The notes under the pieces were generated by a model that was given only the letters and a program-made list of their open reading frames with translations, was not told the DNA's origin and did no database searches. Positions 58,605 to 64,000 of a DNA stretch of 64,000 bases are shown in pieces. The DNA lies in contig JAUQWV010000003.1 of the NCBI GenBank assembly GCA_030834985.1, forward strand, positions 143,387-207,386. Direction: 5' to 3'. Position numbers and translations under genes: made by a program. Source of the stretch: Candidatus Dojkabacteria bacterium (GTDB taxonomy: Bacteria; Patescibacteriota; Dojkabacteria; J137). How positions within the stretch are numbered: the stretch's first letter is position 1; every line of letters starts with the position of its first letter.

Positions 58605-59496
58605 ACTTAATCTTGTTCCTAATTGCATAGATAACTTTTATTAATCTGTAAAGATTCTTATCTACAATGACATCTACAGTTTTAGAGTGCTCTATGATTT
58701 CTCCTCCAAAACCTATTTTAAATCTTGAATATCCATCACTTAAATCATCTTTTATACCAAATAGGTCTAGGTACCTGTATCCATACTCTTTACCAAGCCT
58801 AACCAACTCCCAAACTAAAGCATAAGGTGCCATAACGTTTTTATATTCTTCAGAAGAACCACCGTAAACATAAGTCAATGTATCTTCATATGCAACAATA
58901 AACCAGCTAGCAATTGCTATACCTTCAAAAGTAGCTGTTGCAATAAAAGCATTTTCTTCTTTAAAGTTTTCCCAAACTGTTTTTAGGTAATATGAGCTTC
59001 TTCCTGCGTAACCTTGCCTTGCAACAGTTTTTTGATACAAGTCGTTAAAGACATCAAAGTCAGAATCTTTGTTCGAAATAGACACACTCACGCCTTTTTT
59101 TTGAGCAAGTTTTAAGTTGTAGCGGGTTTTTTGTTTTAAGTTGTTTAATAAAACTTGCTCGTCCAATGTCAAATCTATTAAAACTGTTTTTGGCAAATGA
59201 ATAGGGAAGCCCTCGGCTGCATCAATTCCTTGATTATGTAAAAAATCAAAAGAATCCAAATCTTGTGTTAAGTTTTGCGGATCGATTGTTACAAACACGC
59301 AATTTGCTTCTTTAGCCTGGGCTAAAAGTAAATCAAAGTCTATCTTTGTTAAGTCAACACGCGGCATATAGCCGATATATTTATTTAATATTGGCAATTT
59401 TGTTGTTTGAAAAAAATAATCATCAACATCAAAGCATTTATTGCCTAGTTGCTCTTTAACTTTTTTCCAATTTGGGCTTTGTAGAAAATCTATCAT
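58597..59496 (-). CDS. FemAB-family (peptidoglycan interpeptide-bridge aminoacyltransferase-like) protein, shorter paralog
   Basis: C-terminal YRYLDLFGI...YSRFKIGFGG signature shared with the adjacent FemAB gene. Confidence 0.5.
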   Translation of the reverse strand: MIDFLQSPNWKKVKEQLGNKCFDVDDYFFQTTKLPILNKYIGYMPRVDLTKIDFDLLLAQAKEANCVFVTIDPQNLTQDLDSFDFLHNQGIDAAEGFPIHLPKTVLIDLTLDEQVLLNNLKQKTRYNLKLAQKKGVSVSISNKDSDFDVFNDLYQKTVARQGYAGRSSYYLKTVWENFKEENAFIATATFEGIAIASWFIVAYEDTLTYVYGGSSEEYKNVMAPYALVWELVRLGKEYGYRYLDLFGIKDDLSDGYSRFKIGFGGEIIEHSKTVDVIVDKNLYRLIKVIYAIRNKIKFR

Positions 59497-59506
59497 TATT
59501 AATATT

Positions 59507-60559
59507 TTAATACCTATCTTTTCGATAAATAAAGTATTCAGCTAATCTTTGAATGCTGTACATAAAGCGGTTTGGCAAATCTAGCGCTCCAACATAATCA
59601 ATTTGATAGCCGCCAAACCGCTTCTTAAAATCAGATACACCTTTCATTCCACTTTTTACATTCATGCCTTCAGGAACTACTCCCCACATATTATACTTTT
59701 CTATTCCTAATTCTTTTAGTGATTTGATTATTTCCCAATGCAGAAGGTAAGATGCGCCATATTTTTGAGCTTCTGGATCACTTAAAGAACCGCCATGTGA
59801 ATAAAAGGCCTTTTTATTAAATACGTTTATTAATGCTGCAGAAACAAATTTCTTTCCTTTTTCTCCTTTTTTATAGCATAAAAATACTTTACATAAACCT
59901 TTACTATAAAGTTGCTCAAACTGTTTAATAAAATATTCTTTACCAAAAGATGTGAATTGCTGGCGCCTAAACGTTTCGGAAAGTATTGCATAAAAATTAT
60001 TAATATCTTCTACACTTTCCGTTTGCATTACTTTAAATCCAACTTCTGAAGATTTTTTTATATTGTACCTAGCCACTTTTTTCATCTCTCTTAATAATTC
60101 ATCTTCAGATTTTGTAATATCTATTTCCCAAACATACTTAGCTTGGGTTGGAGCCATAGCTTTAACATATCCTATTTTTGTAAATGTATTAAGCAAAGAA
60201 GCTTCTGTTAATGGATCCATTCTAAAGCAGTTTAAGCTTCTTTGCTGGATAAACTCTTTTTGAAAGTTTCTAATTTCAATAAAAATATTTTCTAAATTAT
60301 TAATCTTTTTTAAATCAAGAACCGGACCATACGGTGAATATGCGTATTTAGAAATCCTACGTCTATAGATTTCAATATAGAAATTACCAATAAAGCTATC
60401 CTCATCTTTTATTAAAAAGAGTTCTGTTTCTTTGCCTAAATATTTTTGAAACTCAATCCAGTCAATAGACGTTAAAAAAGAAGCTTGGGCGTTTTTGTTT
60501 ATCTCTTCCCAAGCTTCTTTTAAAGAATCGTCGTATTTTACAAATGAAAGATTTGCCAT
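59507..60559 (-). CDS. FemAB-family tRNA-dependent aminoacyltransferase
   Basis: ASYLLHWEIIKSLKELGIEKYNMWGV....VSDFKKRFGG matches the FemX/FemAB core. Confidence 0.65.
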   Translation of the reverse strand: MANLSFVKYDDSLKEAWEEINKNAQASFLTSIDWIEFQKYLGKETELFLIKDEDSFIGNFYIEIYRRRISKYAYSPYGPVLDLKKINNLENIFIEIRNFQKEFIQQRSLNCFRMDPLTEASLLNTFTKIGYVKAMAPTQAKYVWEIDITKSEDELLREMKKVARYNIKKSSEVGFKVMQTESVEDINNFYAILSETFRRQQFTSFGKEYFIKQFEQLYSKGLCKVFLCYKKGEKGKKFVSAALINVFNKKAFYSHGGSLSDPEAQKYGASYLLHWEIIKSLKELGIEKYNMWGVVPEGMNVKSGMKGVSDFKKRFGGYQIDYVGALDLPNRFMYSIQRLAEYFIYRKDRY

Positions 60560-60571
60560 CTAATAATTTTA

Positions 60572-61723
60572 TCAGACCTCTCTTCTTAAAGGCATGAGTA
60601 TATGAACATATTTTGCATCAGCTTTATCTTTAAAGATTGATGGTGATAATGGACCCTTAGTTTCAAATTTGATTGTTTCACCCTTAATATGACTAACTAA
60701 ATCCTGAAAGAATCTTAAGTTATATGCTGAATTTAAATCACCTGAGCCGTCGGTTGCTGAAACTTCAATTTCGGTTTCATTTTCACCGACTTCAGCAACC
60801 GACGATTTAAGCTTTACCTTTGAGTTTTCAATATCAAAATCAAACAATGTCTTATTTGATAAGTTGCTTCTAGCAAATGTATTGATAACCTTAATACCTT
60901 CTTCTAAATCACTTCGTTTTACTTCAAATGTATAAACAAAAGAATCAGGCATTATTCTTTTATAATCAGGATAAGGCCCTTCTATTAATCTTAGTGTTAA
61001 TTCAACATCATCGAATTTAAAGATTATCTGAGATTTATTCTCACTTAAATAAACTTCAACTGTATCTACATCTGGATAATCTTGCAAAATCTTTACAACT
61101 TCTGACATATATCTTGCAGGAACAATTACTTGACTCGATAATAAATCTCTTTTTAAGTTTGATATTTTTGTTGTCCGTTTTGAAAGCCTAAAGCCATCTA
61201 AACCTATAAAAGAGATCTCATCGTCGTTGCCATCTTCTAATTCAAATAAAACACCTGTTTGCTGAATCTTACCAGCGCTAAAGTCTGTAGAGCATGCAAA
61301 CAAAACCTTCTCCATAGAAATTATCAATTCTGTTGCAGAGATAGAGAATATAGGATCATTAGATGCTTCAGGTAAAGGAGGAAACTCATTACTAGGAATT
61401 GTAGAGAAGTTTGCTTTTGATTTTGCAGTTTCTACTATAAGAGTGTTTTCTTTTGTAGCAATATCTACTTTTTCTGAAGAACTAGCTGCTACAAAATCTG
61501 CAATATATTTTGCAGAAACAGTTGTAGTACCTTCCTCATCTACTTTTCCAGGTATCCACATGTTAATTCCCATATCTAGATTGGTTGCTGAAAGTTTAAG
61601 GTCTGTATTAGATACTTCCAGTAATACATTGGATAAAACAGGAATGTTGGGCTTTGCACTTACTGCCCGTGATGCATATTGTAAGGACTTTGCAAGCTTT
61701 GAGTGATTTAAAGTGATTTTCAT
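60572..61723 (-). CDS. dnaN: DNA polymerase III beta subunit (sliding clamp)
   Basis: MKITLNHSKLAKSLQYASRAVSAKPNIPVLSNVLLEV start typical of DnaN. 383 aa, three-domain length. Confidence 0.9.
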   Translation of the reverse strand: MKITLNHSKLAKSLQYASRAVSAKPNIPVLSNVLLEVSNTDLKLSATNLDMGINMWIPGKVDEEGTTTVSAKYIADFVAASSSEKVDIATKENTLIVETAKSKANFSTIPSNEFPPLPEASNDPIFSISATELIISMEKVLFACSTDFSAGKIQQTGVLFELEDGNDDEISFIGLDGFRLSKRTTKISNLKRDLLSSQVIVPARYMSEVVKILQDYPDVDTVEVYLSENKSQIIFKFDDVELTLRLIEGPYPDYKRIMPDSFVYTFEVKRSDLEEGIKVINTFARSNLSNKTLFDFDIENSKVKLKSSVAEVGENETEIEVSATDGSGDLNSAYNLRFFQDLVSHIKGETIKFETKGPLSPSIFKDKADAKYVHILMPLRREV

Positions 61724-62180
61724 AATCTATTTATATTTTAATAAGTAGAAAGTGTTAGTAAATAGGCTGTGTTTATATGTGTATAACTGTGCAATAAATA
61801 TGATTATATCAGTAAAATTTTGATTTTGTATATGTGGATATTAGTTGTGGATTAATTTTAATGCAAATTCGTAAAAAGAAGATCTACAAATATTTTCTAT
61901 TAAATTACACATGTGGGCTAATTATGGGAATACTTTGCTTATTAATACCTAATATCCTTATAGGAAAAAGATTTTATTCCTGTGAGTAAGTTTACCACAC
62001 ACATACTAACTTGTTACGAGTGTATTTAGTTTCCTAAATTAGTATACTGCTAATCTGTTAAACCATTTACGTAAAGTCTTTTTAAGACATCAATATAATT
62101 TAGCAAGTAATATAGTTTAAAAACTTGAAACTTTCCTAACAAGTGCTAAGATATCTTTAAACAAATAACTTGAATAACTT
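61724..62180. promoter_or_regulatory. Putative chromosomal replication origin (oriC) with clustered DnaA-box-like 9-mers
   Basis: AT-rich. TGTGTATAA (61778-61786), TGTGGATAT (61834-61842), TGTGGATTA (61846-61854) and TGTGGGCTA (61912-61920), all in one orientation, versus the TGTGGATAA consensus. Confidence 0.4.
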
Positions 62181-62711
62181 ATGAATAATATTAATTTAGA
62201 AATATCTAGCTCTGAACTTAAATTCAGCAAAGAGATCTCTATATCAGAAGCTTTAAAAATAATCTCTTATGTTCTAAATTTATCGGATTTGGATGATGTA
62301 CAGATTCCAAAGAACCATTTAAAAGAAAATCAAGTAAGTAAGCCTGTAATAGAAGCTAAAATAAAGAGAGTTTCAACGTTTAAGAAACCTGCAAGGTCAG
62401 AGTTAAATCCGCAGATAGAAAAAATTGCATTAACAGGAACAATCTCAAATGAATATCCAACTTTTAACAAAATGGTTATTGGAGGCGATAAGATTTTATG
62501 GGTATTACTATATCTTAAAACTCATGGAATAAGTGGAGCCAGCCTAAAGGATATTGAATATGTAAGTTTGAAATTAGGCCAAGTTATTAGATCTAAGTTT
62601 TTTACAGCGCTTAATAAAAGAAATATTATTGACGGAAAAGTTGCGAATTTAAATGGCCTCTTTGTTATACAACAAAGAGGAGAGGAATATTTAAAATCAT
62701 TATTAAAATAA
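62181..62711 (+). CDS. Hypothetical protein encoded between dnaA and dnaN on the opposite strand
   Basis: 176-aa ORF with no family recognised. Convergent with dnaA. Confidence 0.4.
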   Translation: MNNINLEISSSELKFSKEISISEALKIISYVLNLSDLDDVQIPKNHLKENQVSKPVIEAKIKRVSTFKKPARSELNPQIEKIALTGTISNEYPTFNKMVIGGDKILWVLLYLKTHGISGASLKDIEYVSLKLGQVIRSKFFTALNKRNIIDGKVANLNGLFVIQQRGEEYLKSLLK

Positions 62712-62726
62712 TAAGACAAAAGGATG

Positions 62727-64000
62727 CTATTCCATTTCGTCATCAGGACTAGCGCTTTCGTTAATATTAGTAATTATCTGAGCTACTTGTCTATTAAAGC
62801 CATCTTGAAGCATCATCTTGCTTTTTACCTTATCTATTGCATGCAAGACTGTTGTGTGGTCTTCACGATTTAAAAATTTAGCAACTTCTTCTAATTTATA
62901 ATTAAATTCTTCTCTTAAAATATACATAGCCACCTGGCGAGCAAGTGCCAATTCTTTTGTTCTTCGTGGTCCTTTAAGCTCTTTAACTGTTACAGCAAAT
63001 GATTTAGCAACTTCTTTTAATACTTTTGGGACTTTGACCTTTTCTCTTTTACTTTGAGCATCTTTCCCTATTGTGTGGGCAATTTCTTCTAGTGTTAAAT
63101 CACCACTTGGCTTCATTTGGTTGTATAAAGCTACTTTTTGTAACGCACCCTCAAGCTCTCTAATATTATCGGTTACTGTTCTTGCAATAAATTCAATTAT
63201 TTGAGGTTTTAGATTAATGCCTGATGAATCAGATTTTCTTTGTAGAATTGCCAAGCGTGTTTCATAATCTGGGTTTGCTATATCAACTACCATTCCTCCA
63301 AGCATTCGAGATTTTAATCTACTTTCTAAACTTTGGATGTCTTCTGGCTTGCGGTCGGCAATAAAAATTACCTGTTTGCCTGCGTTATGAATTTCGTTAA
63401 AAGTATTAAAAAATTCATCTTGAGTTGCGACCCATTTAGAGATTAATTGAACATCGTCAATTATTAATAAATCGACCTGACGGTATTTTTGGCGGAATGC
63501 CTCCATTTGCCCAGCTTTAATTCCTTTGACCATCTCATTTAAGAATCCTTCAGAAGATATATATTTAATTTTATTTCTAGGATTTCTTTCTAATAGGGCT
63601 CTTCCAATAGACTGTGCAAGATGAGTTTTACCAACACCTGTTTTACCGTACATAAATAGTGGGTTATACATAGAGCCAGGATTATCTACTACTGCAATAG
63701 CAGCTGCATGTGCAAGCCGGTTTGAATTACCGACTATGTAATTTGAAATTGAGTACTTAGGATTCAAACCGGCTTTAGTAATCGCTTCTGTTACAACACC
63801 CATCATTCCATTTTCAACGGCTAATAAAGGAGCTTCTTCTATATTTTTTTCTGTTATATCTTCTTCAACTGCACCTTTATGATACACTTCAAAAATTGGG
63901 TTTAATGGTTCACCGTAGACATAAGTAACAGTTTCTTTTATTAATCTTTCATGTTTACTTTTAAGCCAGTCTAATGTGAATGCATTTTGTACTCCAATAA
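62727..64000 (-). CDS. dnaA: Chromosomal replication initiator DnaA (5' end outside the window)
   Basis: GKTGVGKTHL Walker A, IDDVQ Walker B, sensor/box VII regions and the C-terminal domain IV HTH. The frame stays open upstream of 63887 to the window edge. Confidence 0.93.
   Translation of the reverse strand, partial: IGVQNAFTLDWLKSKHERLIKETVTYVYGEPLNPIFEVYHKGAVEEDITEKNIEEAPLLAVENGMMGVVTEAITKAGLNPKYSISNYIVGNSNRLAHAAAIAVVDNPGSMYNPLFMYGKTGVGKTHLAQSIGRALLERNPRNKIKYISSEGFLNEMVKGIKAGQMEAFRQKYRQVDLLIIDDVQLISKWVATQDEFFNTFNEIHNAGKQVIFIADRKPEDIQSLESRLKSRMLGGMVVDIANPDYETRLAILQRKSDSSGINLKPQIIEFIARTVTDNIRELEGALQKVALYNQMKPSGDLTLEEIAHTIGKDAQSKREKVKVPKVLKEVAKSFAVTVKELKGPRRTKELALARQVAMYILREEFNYKLEEVAKFLNREDHTTVLHAIDKVKSKMMLQDGFNRQVAQIITNINESASPDDEME

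Overview
The window is AT-rich (roughly one-third GC by eye) and gene-dense, and most genes have no recognisable Shine-Dalgarno sequence. It reads as a bacterial chromosomal core segment, possibly from a small-genome uncultivated lineage (CPR/Patescibacteria-like; inference only). Protein calls rest on motif recognition in the supplied ORF translations: no searches, HMMs or GC calculations were run, so GC percentages, repeat identities and mismatch counts are by-eye estimates and some start sites and hairpin coordinates may be off by a base or two. Recognised core genes: recA, recJ, hup, sufU/iscU-like, rpoB-rpoC-rpsL-rpsG as one transcription unit ending in a terminator (no fusA/tuf), valS, an archaeal/eukaryotic-type tyrS, msrA, sodA, rpsT, tatD, rsmI, yifB/comM, tsaD, holA, dnaN and a 5'-truncated dnaA at the window edge. 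Accessory-looking content includes a divergent radical-SAM/GNAT Elp3 homologue paired with a Trm9-like SAM methyltransferase, which looks like a eukaryote/archaea-style mcm5U tRNA wobble-modification module. There are three clustered TrmB-like HTH regulators; two of them are each paired divergently with a small XRE-HTH gene, and the two XRE genes share a 74-bp perfectly identical core. An ECF sigma/anti-sigma/CcdA/fasciclin envelope cluster, two tandem FemAB-family genes next to dnaN, and a candidate T-box leader before valS are also present. A short island at ~38.5-39.2 kb has conspicuously elevated GC and carries two tiny divergent genes with strong Shine-Dalgarno sites. An AT-rich dnaA-dnaN intergenic region holds clustered DnaA-box-like 9-mers (putative oriC) and is interrupted by an opposite-strand ORF. 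No tRNA, rRNA, CRISPR array or obvious transposase was seen.
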